Assembly: GCA_041984725.1 (NCBI GenBank)
Contig: JBHIXO010000002.1
Coordinates: 4,880-68,879, forward strand
Length of the DNA: 64,000 bases
Reading direction: 5' to 3'
Source: Acidimicrobiales bacterium
GTDB lineage: Bacteria > Actinomycetota > Acidimicrobiia > Acidimicrobiales > Salinilacustritrichaceae
Each line of letters begins with the position of its first letter. The first letter of the stretch is position 1. Shown here one piece after another: positions 18,945 to 29,211 of this stretch. The notes under the pieces were generated by a model. The model searched no databases. It had not been told where the DNA came from and was given only the letters and a program-made list of their open reading frames with translations. A program made the translations under genes and the position numbers.

Positions 18945-20204
18945 GTGGCCGTCACGACGACCATCCGTGAAGCAGCGGATCGCTGGTTCACGGAGCATTG
19001 GGATCCCGACCTCACGCTGGGGGAGTGGTGGGAACGACTCGCCGAGAGCGGGTGGGGTTTCCCGACATGGCCGGAGCGGTGGTTCGGCAAGGGCCTCACG
19101 TCGCAGCAGGCCAAGGACGTACATGCAGCGCGTGTCGCAACGGGAGCCGTCGGACCCCCGAGTGGCATCGGGGTGATGATGGCCGGCCCCGCGATCATCG
19201 ACCACGGAACCGACGAGCAGTGCGAGCGCTTCCTTCCGACGATGGTGAACGGCAAGGAGATCTGGTGCCAGCTCTTCTCCGAGCCCGGCGCCGGATCGGA
19301 CCTCGCCGGCTTGCAGTGTCGCGCCGAACAGGACGGCGACGAGTGGATCGTCAACGGCCAGAAGGTGTGGACCTCGGGTGCCCAGTTCGCGAAGTGGGGG
19401 ATCCTCATCGCTCGGACGAGGACCGATGTTCCCAAGCACGAGGGCATCACCTACTTCGTCGTCGACATGGACCAGCCGGGCATCGAGGTCCGGCCGCTCA
19501 AGGAGATGACCGGGGGAGCGACCTTCAACGAGGTCTTCCTGAGCGACGCTCGCGTGCCGAACGAGAACGTCATCGGCGACGTCCATCGCGGCTGGGGCGT
19601 GGCCGTCACCACGCTCGCCCACGAGCGGAACTCGCTCGGCGCGTCCGGGATGGCCGGCGCCGCCGGCGGGGCGATCATCGGACAGAACGATCTTTCTCGC
19701 CCGGCGGGCAAACCTTCGTCGGGCGGGGCCGAGATGGCGGGCATGGCGGCGGCGTTCGGGGGGGGCGGCGACCTGCTCAAGTCGTTGCCGACGCTGGTGG
19801 GTCGCGCAGATGACCGCATCTTGATCGACAAGATGATGCGCATCTACACGCTCATGGAGATCGCTCGGTTCACCAGCCTGCGAGTCCAGGCGGCTGCGGC
19901 TGCTGGGCGAGGACCAGGTCCCGAAGTATCGACCGGAAAGCTCCTCGCCTCCCAGCTCGTGGCGCAGCTCCGCGACGTCGGACTCGAGGCACTTGGACCG
20001 ACAGGCCAGCTGATGGGTGACGACACACCCCTCGGTGGTCTCCTCCAGCAGTTGGCGTTGTTCAGTCCGGCGATCTCGATCGCCGGTGGCTCCGATCAGA
20101 TCCAGCGCAACATCATCGGTGAGCGCGTGCTCGGGCTCCCGGGCGAGCCGCGGGTCGACAAGGATGTGCCCTTCTCCGAGCTCGCGATCGGGACGCAGCG
20201 ATGA
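18945..20204 (+). CDS. Acyl-CoA dehydrogenase
   Basis: WCQLFSEPGAGSDLA, NGQKVWTS, IAGGSDQIQRNIIGE. Confidence 0.93.
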   Translation: MAVTTTIREAADRWFTEHWDPDLTLGEWWERLAESGWGFPTWPERWFGKGLTSQQAKDVHAARVATGAVGPPSGIGVMMAGPAIIDHGTDEQCERFLPTMVNGKEIWCQLFSEPGAGSDLAGLQCRAEQDGDEWIVNGQKVWTSGAQFAKWGILIARTRTDVPKHEGITYFVVDMDQPGIEVRPLKEMTGGATFNEVFLSDARVPNENVIGDVHRGWGVAVTTLAHERNSLGASGMAGAAGGAIIGQNDLSRPAGKPSSGGAEMAGMAAAFGGGGDLLKSLPTLVGRADDRILIDKMMRIYTLMEIARFTSLRVQAAAAAGRGPGPEVSTGKLLASQLVAQLRDVGLEALGPTGQLMGDDTPLGGLLQQLALFSPAISIAGGSDQIQRNIIGERVLGLPGEPRVDKDVPFSELAIGTQR

Positions 20205-21073
20205 GTGCTGCAACGATCGAGACGATCCGGATCCGCGCGTCCGGTGGCCTTGGCCTGGCGTGCGATGTCGTCGGGCGTTCCGGTCCACGGACTCCGGTGG
20301 TGTTTCTGCACGGAGGTGGGCAGACGCGTCACAGCTGGGGGGCCACGGCATCGCAGATCGCGGCGAAGGGGCACGAGTGCTGGAGTGTGGATCTACGCGG
20401 TCACGGTGACTCCGACTGGGCCCCGGATGGCGACTACCGCACCGAGGCGATGGTCGAGGATCTCGGTGCGGTCCTGGCGCAGATCGGTCGGCCGCCAGTG
20501 CTCGTCGGGGCCTCGATGGGTGGCCTCGTCGGCCTCATGAGCGAAGGTCGGCTCCGACCCGGTCGCCTGCGCGGGCTCGTGCTCGTCGACATCGCGACCC
20601 AGCTCGAGGCGGAAGGAGTCGAGCGCATCGTCTCGTTCATGTCGGCCGCGCCGGACGGCTTTGCGACGCTCGAGGAAGCAGCTGACACCATCGCGGCATA
20701 CCGCAATCGGAAGCGGCCGACGAACCTTGACGGGCTGCGGAAGAACCTGCGAGAGGGCGATGATGGACGCTGGTATTGGCACTGGGACCCGGCGTTCCTC
20801 AGCGACAAGACACGCAACGGTCGCCGCGACCCCGAGCTCCTCGGGGACTGTGCCCGAGCCCTGCGGGTGCCGACGCTGCTGGTCCGTGGGCGGATGTCGG
20901 ACATGGTCAGCCCAGAGAGCGCACAACTGTTCCTCGAGCAGTGCCCGCACGCGGAGTTCCGCGACATCGCTGACGCCGGCCACATGGTCGTCGGCGATCG
21001 GAACGACATCTTCGCGGGCGCGGTGGTCGAGTTCCTCGATCGCCTCGAGTCGGGGGCAGCGGTTCCGGCATGA
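20201..21073 (+). CDS. Alpha/beta hydrolase
   Basis: HGGGQT, DLRGHG, GASMGG, AGH. Confidence 0.9.
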   Translation: MSAATIETIRIRASGGLGLACDVVGRSGPRTPVVFLHGGGQTRHSWGATASQIAAKGHECWSVDLRGHGDSDWAPDGDYRTEAMVEDLGAVLAQIGRPPVLVGASMGGLVGLMSEGRLRPGRLRGLVLVDIATQLEAEGVERIVSFMSAAPDGFATLEEAADTIAAYRNRKRPTNLDGLRKNLREGDDGRWYWHWDPAFLSDKTRNGRRDPELLGDCARALRVPTLLVRGRMSDMVSPESAQLFLEQCPHAEFRDIADAGHMVVGDRNDIFAGAVVEFLDRLESGAAVPA

Positions 21074-21477
21074 TCCCCACCGACGACGAACTGTTCCGCC
21101 TGCCCGACGAGGGTGAGTCTCGACCGCGCCTGCTCGGATCCTTCGCCCCGGAATCGGAGCGGTACTTCTGGCCACGACGCAAGCGGTGCCCCGTGACTCG
21201 CACTCCGGTCCGCGACGTGGACCTCGGCCCCGTCGGCACCTTGTACTCCTGGACTTTCCTCCATGTCCCGCGCATGGGAAACGTCTCCTTCGGCGAGCGT
21301 GGCGGGTACGGCGTCGGGCAGGTCGACCTCCCCGAGGGCGTCCGCATCCAGGCCCCCTTGATGGGGACGACTGAAGACTGGGAGATCGGCGACGAGATGG
21401 GCCTCACGTTGTTTCCGGTCGGATCGGACGACGAGGGTCGCGAGTACGTGACGTTCCGTTTCGAGGTCGTCCGATGA
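21070..21477 (+). CDS. DUF35/ChsH2-like OB-fold protein with degenerate Zn ribbon
   Basis: GTLYSWT...GQVDLPEGVRI; upstream of a thiolase-like gene. Confidence 0.8.
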   Translation: MIPTDDELFRLPDEGESRPRLLGSFAPESERYFWPRRKRCPVTRTPVRDVDLGPVGTLYSWTFLHVPRMGNVSFGERGGYGVGQVDLPEGVRIQAPLMGTTEDWEIGDEMGLTLFPVGSDDEGREYVTFRFEVVR

Positions 21478-22622
21478 GTCGCCTCGGTCGCGAGGTCTAC
21501 GTCGTCGGCGTGGGGATGCATCCTTTCAACAATGCCGCGCTGTCCGTCTACGACATGGCCTACGACGCCGGTATCGCCGCGCTCGACGATGCTGGACTCG
21601 ACTTCCCCGACGTGGGGGCGTTGTACAACGGGCACATCGGTGGGTCCATCGGCACCGGCGTCCGGGTCGCCAAGGAGTTCGGTCTCACGGGCATCCCGGT
21701 CACCCGGGTCGAGAACGCCTCGGCGACCGGGTCGTGCGCCTTCGGCGAGGCTGTGCACGCCGTTGCCGGAGGCCGCGTCGATGTCGCCATGGCACTCGGA
21801 TTCGATGACCTGAATCGCATGGGTGGCTTCGCCGGGGGGTCCAAACGCGGGCTCGGCGCGGAGGACGTGATGCTGCCGGCGGCGTTCTTCGCCATGTGGG
21901 CCACACGGCGGATGCACGATCACGGCACCACCATCGAGACCTACGCCAGGATCGCGGCGAAGAACTGGAACCACGCGCGCTCGAACCCGCTGGCGCAGCG
22001 TCGGGCCGATCATGAGATGACGGCCGAGGAGGTCCTCGCCTCGACGATGATCGCGTTTCCCCACACCTCGAAGATGGCCTGTGCCGCCGGCGGTGGTGCC
22101 GCGGCAGCGATCGTGGCCACGGAGGAGGTCGCCCGGCGCCTCGGCGGACCAGCGATCCGGGTCGTCGCATCACAGCAGCAATCGGAGACCTACACCGACG
22201 GTCACGTGTTCCTCGGAGCCGTCATCGGTCCGGCGCAGATGACCCGGGACACGTCGACCGCGGCGTACGAGCAGGCAGGACTCGGCCCCTCGGACCTCGA
22301 TCTGGTGCAGGTGCACGACGCGTTCCCGGTCGAGGAACTCGTCTACTACGAGCTGCTCGGGATCTGTGGCGAGGGCGAGGGCGACAAGCTGGTCGCGGCG
22401 GGGGAGACCTCGCTCGGTGGTCGCATCCCCTTCAGTACCGACGGCGGGCTGACCGCGCGCGGTCATCCTGGTGGACCCACGGGTCTCGCCCAGATCCACG
22501 AGACGGTGCTGCAGTTGCGCAGGGCGGCGGGCCCTCGCCAGATCGATGGCGCGCGAACCGGTCTGTGTCACATGGCCGGGGCAGGCTCCGTGTGTGTGGT
22601 GCACATCCTCCAACGCTCCTGA
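21474..22622 (+). CDS. SCP2/Ltp-type thiolase-family protein
   Basis: VGVGMHPF, VENASATGS, VHDAF, GHPGGPTG. Confidence 0.88.
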   Translation: MSRLGREVYVVGVGMHPFNNAALSVYDMAYDAGIAALDDAGLDFPDVGALYNGHIGGSIGTGVRVAKEFGLTGIPVTRVENASATGSCAFGEAVHAVAGGRVDVAMALGFDDLNRMGGFAGGSKRGLGAEDVMLPAAFFAMWATRRMHDHGTTIETYARIAAKNWNHARSNPLAQRRADHEMTAEEVLASTMIAFPHTSKMACAAGGGAAAAIVATEEVARRLGGPAIRVVASQQQSETYTDGHVFLGAVIGPAQMTRDTSTAAYEQAGLGPSDLDLVQVHDAFPVEELVYYELLGICGEGEGDKLVAAGETSLGGRIPFSTDGGLTARGHPGGPTGLAQIHETVLQLRRAAGPRQIDGARTGLCHMAGAGSVCVVHILQRS

Positions 22623-22648
22623 CCTTCTCGAAACGAGGGATCCTCGAC

Positions 22649-24166
22649 ATGACCATGACGCCCACCCAGCGACCGAACGGTACGACCGGCGAGGCGGAGG
22701 CGATGATCGAGTCGCTGGACCCGCGCGATGGTTCCGTCGTCGGGTCGGTCCCCCTGCACGGCGCCGAGGAGGTGGCATCGGCGGTCGCGCGCGCTCGCAA
22801 TGCCCAGTCCGACTGGGGCCCGCTCCCATTGTCGGAGCGAGCCGATCACCTCCGACGTGTCCGGGCCAGATTGGCGTCGCGTGCAGAGGAGCTCGCTGCG
22901 GTCATCGCCGCCGAGACCGGGAAGCCGGACTTCGATGCGATGGCCGAGGTACTCAACTGCGCCCTGCTGTTCACGCACGCAGCGCGCCGGTCGACGAAGG
23001 TGCTCGCCCCCCGCCGCGTGTCGTCCTTCCCGCTCTACTCGAAGCGAGCCGAGATCCGGTATCGCCCTCATGGGGTCGTCGGCGTCGTCAGCCCGTGGAA
23101 CTATCCGGCGTTCGTGCCGGTGCAGGCGCTCTCGGGCATCCTCGCGGCAGGGAACACCGCCGTTCTGAAGCCGTCCGAGCTCACCCCGCTCACCGGGGTA
23201 CTCCTGGGCGAGATCGTCAACTCCGCGGGCCGGGATCTCGTGCAGGTGGTGACGGGCGACGGCTCCACCGGCGCCGCCCTGTGTTCGAGCGATGTCGACA
23301 AGATTGCGTTCACGGGCAGCCCGGCAACCGCCCGTCGCATTCTCCACGCTGCCGCCGACAATCTCACTCCCACCGTCATGGAGCTTGGTGGCAAGGACGC
23401 AATGATCGTCTGCGACGATGCCGACGTCGAGGCTGCGGCTCGAGCAGCGGTCGGTGCATGCTTCGCGAACGCTGGCCAGACGTGCATCGCGATCGAGCGC
23501 GTCCTGGTCACCCCGGCCAACCACGAGCTGTTCCGCGAGGCGGCGGTCGAAGCCGCCCGACGCGTCTTGGTCGGGTCGGACCGGTCATGCCAGGTGGGAG
23601 CGATCACGCAACCTGCACAGATCGACGTGATCGAGGAGCGGCTTCGCTCCGCGGTCGACGCGGGTGCCGAGATCGTCGTCGGCGGTCGACGTCGCGATGA
23701 CCTCGGGTCGAGCTTCTTCGAGCCGACGATCGTCGACCGCGTTCGGCCGGACATGGACCTCGCGAGGACCGAGACATTCGGTCCTGTGCTGTCGATCATG
23801 CCGGTGGCCGATGTCGAAGAGGCCGTCGAGACCGCCAACGACTGTGCTTTCGGGCTCGCGGGGAGCGTCTTCGGTCGCGACCGATCCAAGACTGATGCGA
23901 TCGTCGAGGGGCTGTCCACCGGTGCAATCTCGGTCAACGACGCCCTGGCGACCGCCGCGATTCCTGCGCTGCCATTCGGCGGCGTCCGCGAGTCCGGCTT
24001 CGGTCGGCTCCACGGTGATGCCGGGATCCTCGAGTTCGCTGTCCCAACGGCGGTGGCGACCGACCGCCTCCCCGGGCTTCCACCGGTCGCGTCCATGCTG
24101 TTCGGGAACTGGCGGCCCAGGCCCGTGCAGATCGGGAGGGTGGCGCGCCTCCTCTGGGACCGGTAG
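22649..24166 (+). CDS. Aldehyde dehydrogenase
   Basis: SPWNYP, FTGS, ELGGKD, GQTC, ETFGP. Confidence 0.93.
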   Translation: MTMTPTQRPNGTTGEAEAMIESLDPRDGSVVGSVPLHGAEEVASAVARARNAQSDWGPLPLSERADHLRRVRARLASRAEELAAVIAAETGKPDFDAMAEVLNCALLFTHAARRSTKVLAPRRVSSFPLYSKRAEIRYRPHGVVGVVSPWNYPAFVPVQALSGILAAGNTAVLKPSELTPLTGVLLGEIVNSAGRDLVQVVTGDGSTGAALCSSDVDKIAFTGSPATARRILHAAADNLTPTVMELGGKDAMIVCDDADVEAAARAAVGACFANAGQTCIAIERVLVTPANHELFREAAVEAARRVLVGSDRSCQVGAITQPAQIDVIEERLRSAVDAGAEIVVGGRRRDDLGSSFFEPTIVDRVRPDMDLARTETFGPVLSIMPVADVEEAVETANDCAFGLAGSVFGRDRSKTDAIVEGLSTGAISVNDALATAAIPALPFGGVRESGFGRLHGDAGILEFAVPTAVATDRLPGLPPVASMLFGNWRPRPVQIGRVARLLWDR

Positions 24167-24246
24167 GGCCGCGCCCGTCGCGCGTGCCGTTCGTTCGGGC
24201 GCACCCGGACGCCCCGGCGATTGCCCGAAATGTCGCAGAGGGGTCC

Positions 24247-24282
24247 TTGCGTAGCATGAGACGTTGTGCGTAGGATGCCTCA
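24247..24282 (+). promoter_or_regulatory. Sigma70-type promoter overlapped by N14 operator site 5
   Basis: TTGCGT-18-TAGGAT; TGAGAC-N14-GCCTCA at 24257-24282. Confidence 0.65.
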
Positions 24283-24352
24283 CCAAAGAGTGGCGTAGGT
24301 CACTTCGACGAGGTAGCCTCGCCGCAGGCGTAGGGCTCCACCTGGGGGACGC

Positions 24353-26404
24353 GTGCCCGATCTGCTCAACATCGACGGGATCATCGTCGGAGTGTTCACC
24401 GGCGGGAGCTACGCCATCCTCGGCGTCAGCATCACCCTGATGTACCGGTCGACCGGCTTCCTGTCCTTTGCCCACGCCGGCTTCGCCTCGGTGGGTGCGT
24501 ACGTCTATGCAGACTTCGCGGGCAGCAAAGGTTGGCCGGTGGTCGTCGCGGCGGTGGCTGCGGTGGCGCTCACGATCGGCTACGGACTCGTCGTCGAACG
24601 AGTTCTCCGGCCCGTTCGGGACGCCTCCGGCGCGACCAAGATGATCGCCACCCTCGGGGTCGTCCAGTTGACCACCGCGCTCTTGCTGTTGGTCTACGGG
24701 TTCGAGCCGACCAGCGCGCCGCTCCTGCTGCCGGACTCCTCGATCGTCGTCGGTGACGTCCGCATCGCCCATCAGCAGAGTGCGATCCTGGTCCTCGCCG
24801 GGATCACCGCGGGCGGCTTGGGCTGGTTCCTCCGGTCCACGCGGTTCGGTACGGCCATCCGAGCAGTCGCGGCGAATCCGCAGTCGGCGCGCTTGATGGG
24901 TGTGAGCTTGACCAACGTCGCTCGCTTCAACTGGGCACTCGGTGCTGGTCTGGCGGGGCTCGCTGGGGTGCTTCTGGCGCCGCTCGCTCCGATCACTGCC
25001 TCGACGTTCACGCTGCTGCTGGCGAAAGCGCTGGCGGCCACGCTCGTGGGTGGTCTCGTGTCTCTCCCGCTCACCTTCGCGGGAGCGCTGGGCATCGGAG
25101 TCGCCGACAGTCTCACGGTGTTGAACTCGTCCGCGCCCGGAGCCAAGGAGTTGGTCACGCTCGCGCTCGTGGTGCTCCTCCTGGTGGTTCGTCGCACCTG
25201 GCCCGGGGAGATGGAGACGGGAGCTTCGCCCCCCAGTCGCTCGTTCGGGTTCGTGGAGCGGCTGGCGCCTGTCACCCAGCTGGTCGGGCGTGCGTATCGG
25301 GCCGTGCGTTGGCCCGTCGCCATGATCGGCATCGCCCTCATCCTGGTCGTCCCAGCGACCAGCAACTACTGGGGGTTCGTGGGCGCCCGCGGCCTGTATT
25401 TCACGATCCAAGCACTCAGCCTCGTGCTGCTCGTCGGCTGGGGTGGCCAGGTCAGTCTCATGCATGGTGCATACGCCGGGATCGGAGCGTTCACGACAGC
25501 CCTGCTCGTGGGTACGCACGGATGGCCGCTCGAGCTCGCGCTGGTCGGGGCGGGGTTCGCCGGTGTGGTGATGGGCGCCGTCGCCGGCCTCCCGGCGCTC
25601 AGGCTCAGCGGTCTGCAGTTCGCGATCGCGTCGCTCGTGTTCGCCGGGGCGGCATCGGAATGGCTGTTCCGACGGACGGAGTTCCCCAAGTCGCTTCCCC
25701 GCGGAACGTTGTTCGGGGTCGACATCTTCCCGGACTCGAACCTCTACTACTTCATGCTCCCGGTCACGGCCATCCTGTACGTGACCGTCTGGAACATCCG
25801 GCGATCGACGTTCGGACCGTTGCTCATCTCGGCCCGCGATGCACCGACGACGGTGGCTCACTTCGGAGCTGACCCTGCTCGCACGCGGATGGCAGCGTTT
25901 CTCTTCGCGTCGTTCATCGCCGCGCTCGGTGGCGGCTTCTATGGCGTGTTGCTCACAGGGTTCCAGCCGTTCGACTTCTCCCTCATCCTGTCGATCGCAC
26001 TGCTCATCTACGCGGTGGTCGGGGGCGTGCAGTCGCTCGGCGGACCCCTTGTGGCCGGGCTGCTGTTCGGCGTCGTTCCCCAACTCATCCAAGGACAGTC
26101 CTCCTCGGCATCCGCCGTGCCGGATCTCATCGCAGGGGTTGCCGTGCTTCTGTTGCTCGCACTACGTCCGGACGGAATCGCCTCGCTCTTCAAGGCTCGG
26201 CCCCTGTCCTCGCGTGCCCCGGCGCGCTCGTCGTTCGGCCGCTTCGACGTCACCGTCGCCCGGTGGCGAGCGCGGATGGCGGTGAGCGCGAGCAATGGCG
26301 CGTCCCCGCCCGATCCGACCATCGCCCCGACGGACGAACCCGCCACCGGTTCGTCGGAACGGGAGCCGGCGTACAACGCTGACATCGAGGTTCTCGCGCC
26401 ATGA
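24353..26404 (+). CDS. Fused LivH-LivM type ABC permease
   Basis: TRFGTAIRAVAANPQSARLMG, GQVSL, ALRLSGLQFAIASL. Confidence 0.9.
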   Translation: MPDLLNIDGIIVGVFTGGSYAILGVSITLMYRSTGFLSFAHAGFASVGAYVYADFAGSKGWPVVVAAVAAVALTIGYGLVVERVLRPVRDASGATKMIATLGVVQLTTALLLLVYGFEPTSAPLLLPDSSIVVGDVRIAHQQSAILVLAGITAGGLGWFLRSTRFGTAIRAVAANPQSARLMGVSLTNVARFNWALGAGLAGLAGVLLAPLAPITASTFTLLLAKALAATLVGGLVSLPLTFAGALGIGVADSLTVLNSSAPGAKELVTLALVVLLLVVRRTWPGEMETGASPPSRSFGFVERLAPVTQLVGRAYRAVRWPVAMIGIALILVVPATSNYWGFVGARGLYFTIQALSLVLLVGWGGQVSLMHGAYAGIGAFTTALLVGTHGWPLELALVGAGFAGVVMGAVAGLPALRLSGLQFAIASLVFAGAASEWLFRRTEFPKSLPRGTLFGVDIFPDSNLYYFMLPVTAILYVTVWNIRRSTFGPLLISARDAPTTVAHFGADPARTRMAAFLFASFIAALGGGFYGVLLTGFQPFDFSLILSIALLIYAVVGGVQSLGGPLVAGLLFGVVPQLIQGQSSSASAVPDLIAGVAVLLLLALRPDGIASLFKARPLSSRAPARSSFGRFDVTVARWRARMAVSASNGASPPDPTIAPTDEPATGSSEREPAYNADIEVLAP

Positions 26405-27939
26405 GTCCTGCACATCGACGTCGTGGCCGTGTGCGCAAGGCCCTTCTGGCGCTCCCGTTCATCGTGATGGGCCTCGCACCGACGCCCGCGATCGCGCAGA
26501 CGACCGAAGCCCCCGACAGCTTCAGTGTCCAGGCGGCTGGTACGGGCATGCTCATCGAGATCTCGGCTCCGGCCGCCCTCCCGCTCGATGTCGTTGCCGG
26601 GGTCGCATATGCCCAGGTCGGGCTGAACAGCCAGCCCCGGGTGCAATCCACGGCATCGCCACTCTTCGTCCCACTATTCGACGCGCTCGGTCTCCTTGGC
26701 GGCACGTCCGGTGTCCTGTCCGTCGTCGTCCGTCTCGCGCCAGGGCTCGTCGTCGGCGCGCCGTCGTTGCTCGGCCTCGACCCGCTCCCCGTGGACCCGT
26801 CGCTCGTACCACTCGACCCGCTGGCCGATGCCGTCGCAGGACAGCCCCTCCCCGACCCACCGCAGCTCGGGTGCACCAGCAACTTCCCCGACGAGCCCCG
26901 GCACGCCGAGTGCGGTGGAGGTGCGCAGGACTTCTTCGGCTATCGAGTCGGTGCCGGGAGTGCCAGCACGACATCGTCGGGAACCGACGGTGATCCCGGC
27001 AGTCTGACGTCGAGATCGGATGCTCGTACCACTGGGATCACGCCTGGTGCGTCCTCACCGCTGGCCCCTGTTTCCCTCGGGGCACTCGCAGCGACATCGG
27101 AGTCCAGGGTCATCGACGGGCGCATCACCGCGTTCTCGAGTGCGGGGGCCAGCGGCATCGACATCGCGGGCCTGCTCGACATCGAGTCGGTCCACGCCAG
27201 CTTCTCCGGCGCGCTCGCCGGGACGGCGGACACCCTCGAGGAACAGTTCGAGTGCAACATCGCCGGCGTCCGCGCGGGTGGCGAAGAGATCGAGCTGGGG
27301 ACGGACGCCATCACCCTCGCCGGAAGTGACACCGATGCCGGTGGTGATGTCGTCAGCGGACTCGTGAACGACCTGTTGGGCACCATCGGTGGGGAGGTCG
27401 GTCCCGCCGACTTCGGGACCGTCACGATCATCCCCAACCCGGTCCCGGTGACGACGATCAGCGACGATGGCACGGTCCTGGAGCGCCGGTTCGGATGTCT
27501 CGAAGTTCGGTACCGGAACATCACGTCGGGGTCCGACGTCCGCCTCACCTTCGGCAACGTGACCGTCTCGATGGCCGCCTCCAACGATGCGCCGTTCGAC
27601 TCGGCTTCCCCGGACCCGGCTTCCTCGACTCCGGCCCCGGCTTCCCCGGCCCCGTTCGTTGGAACCGATCCCGTTGCGGGGTCCGGTACCGGAGGATCGC
27701 TCACTTCTGGGGGAGCCACCGATGGGCCGGTTACCGGGGCTCCCGAACTCGTGCTGCCGGATGCTCCAGACCCGGGGTCGAATGCGCCGACGCCGTCGTC
27801 CGACACCTTCCTCCGGACCGCGAGCGTCCCCGGCTGGGGCATCGACGGCGGATGGCTGGCACCGTTCTCGTTGCTCGCCCTCAGCATCCCCTTCCTCGTC
27901 AAGTGCCGCCGACTGACCGTCATGCACCCCCGGAGTTGA
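26401..27939 (+). CDS. Secreted protein with Pro-rich stalk and C-terminal membrane anchor, unknown function
   Basis: Signal peptide (PAIA-Q), Gly/Ser-rich body with Cys pairs, C-terminal hydrophobic segment plus basic tail. Confidence 0.7.
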   Translation: MSPAHRRRGRVRKALLALPFIVMGLAPTPAIAQTTEAPDSFSVQAAGTGMLIEISAPAALPLDVVAGVAYAQVGLNSQPRVQSTASPLFVPLFDALGLLGGTSGVLSVVVRLAPGLVVGAPSLLGLDPLPVDPSLVPLDPLADAVAGQPLPDPPQLGCTSNFPDEPRHAECGGGAQDFFGYRVGAGSASTTSSGTDGDPGSLTSRSDARTTGITPGASSPLAPVSLGALAATSESRVIDGRITAFSSAGASGIDIAGLLDIESVHASFSGALAGTADTLEEQFECNIAGVRAGGEEIELGTDAITLAGSDTDAGGDVVSGLVNDLLGTIGGEVGPADFGTVTIIPNPVPVTTISDDGTVLERRFGCLEVRYRNITSGSDVRLTFGNVTVSMAASNDAPFDSASPDPASSTPAPASPAPFVGTDPVAGSGTGGSLTSGGATDGPVTGAPELVLPDAPDPGSNAPTPSSDTFLRTASVPGWGIDGGWLAPFSLLALSIPFLVKCRRLTVMHPRS

Positions 27940-27943
27940 TTCC

Positions 27944-28390
27944 ATGCCGTCCACACGAAGCCAACCTCTCCGTGCCGATCCGGACGAGATCGATCATCAC
28001 CCGTTGCAGCCTGGGTTGACGGGCCCCGATCGCCGCGTCGATGCTTCCCGCCGTCGTCCACCAGAACGGCGAACGCTCGGCGCGCTCAACGCGCTCGATT
28101 GGCGTCAAGCGGTGGGCGGCGGATTGGTCGGTCTCGGCATGCTCGGCATCGTGGTCGCCTGGTTCGGCGTGTCCGGCACCCTCGACCCCGGCGAGCAGAT
28201 GCCCTACATCAGCTCGGGCGGGTTCGGTGGATCCGCGTTGATCGCCATTGGGGTGACGCTCCTGGTGAGCTTCGAGCACATTCGCGACCGGGAAGCGTTG
28301 CGCGATGTCCTCGACGAGCTCGACGAGCTCCGGCATCGGCTCGACGCGGTGACGACCGACCCATCGCGAGCATCGGAGAACGGGTCGTGA
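27944..28390 (+). CDS. Small two-TM membrane protein with coiled-coil tail
   Basis: AWFGVSGT...QMPYISSGGFGG; lies within the ABC operon. Confidence 0.7.
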   Translation: MPSTRSQPLRADPDEIDHHPLQPGLTGPDRRVDASRRRPPERRTLGALNALDWRQAVGGGLVGLGMLGIVVAWFGVSGTLDPGEQMPYISSGGFGGSALIAIGVTLLVSFEHIRDREALRDVLDELDELRHRLDAVTTDPSRASENGS

Positions 28391-29211
28391 CGGCAGCCAT
28401 CGATCCGACCGTAGTCGCCAAGACCGCGAGCCCCGGGGCGGACACGCACCTGAGCGTGGAAGAGGTCACGGTGCGGTTCGGTGGCCTCGTTGCCAACGAT
28501 GCGATCACGCTTGCGGTTCCCTTTGGCGGCATCTCCGGCCTCATCGGGCCCAACGGCGCGGGAAAGACGACGCTGTTCAACGTCATCACCGGAGCGCAGA
28601 CCCCGACCTCAGGTCGCGTCGTACTCGACGGTGAGGACATCACCTCGGCCACTCGTCAACAGCGCGCCCGCAGCGGAATGGCGCGCACGTTCCAGAACTT
28701 GAGCCTTGTCACGAGTCTGAGCGTGCTCGACAACGTCACGCTCGGGTTCGGTCGATTTCGTGATTCGGGGATCCTGTCGGCGGTGGTCCGGCGACCTCGG
28801 TCGACGCGACAGGACCAGCGGCTCCGTGCGCTCGGAATGGAAGCGCTCGCGTTCGTCGGCCTGGCCGACCAGGCGCACCGACCGACCTCGGACCTCCCCT
28901 ACGGCGACCGACGGCGCCTCGAGATCGCGCGCGCCCTGGCCTGCGCCCCCGAGCTCCTGCTCCTCGACGAACCGTCGGCGGGCATGTCGCCGGCGGAGAC
29001 CGACGCGCTCGCGTCCGTGATCGCGAGAGCCCACGATGTGTTCCGGGTGACGGTGTTCCTGGTCGAGCACGACATGAGCTTCGTTCGGCGGCTGACCTCG
29101 GAGTGCACCGTGATCGAGTTCGGCCGTGTCATCGCCGCCGGGAAGACGGCTGAAGTCCTCGCCGACCCCGTCGTCGCCGAGGCGTATCTCGGGAGCGGAG
29201 CGACCGGATGA
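28387..29211 (+). CDS. ABC ATPase, LivG-like
   Basis: GPNGAGKT, LLLDEP, VEHDM. Confidence 0.92.
   Translation: MTAAIDPTVVAKTASPGADTHLSVEEVTVRFGGLVANDAITLAVPFGGISGLIGPNGAGKTTLFNVITGAQTPTSGRVVLDGEDITSATRQQRARSGMARTFQNLSLVTSLSVLDNVTLGFGRFRDSGILSAVVRRPRSTRQDQRLRALGMEALAFVGLADQAHRPTSDLPYGDRRRLEIARALACAPELLLLDEPSAGMSPAETDALASVIARAHDVFRVTVFLVEHDMSFVRRLTSECTVIEFGRVIAAGKTAEVLADPVVAEAYLGSGATG

Noticed and set aside
23585-26092. 835-aa minus-strand ORF and similar long antisense ORFs (14158-16059, 51315-53108, 54760-56763)
   Set aside because: Shadow frames of well-supported genes on the opposite strand, expected in high-GC DNA
27600-27660. Short ccggcttcc-type repeats (also the Gly/Ala repeats at 30100-30310)
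   Set aside because: They encode Pro/Ala/Gly linkers inside proteins; not CRISPR or mobile repeats
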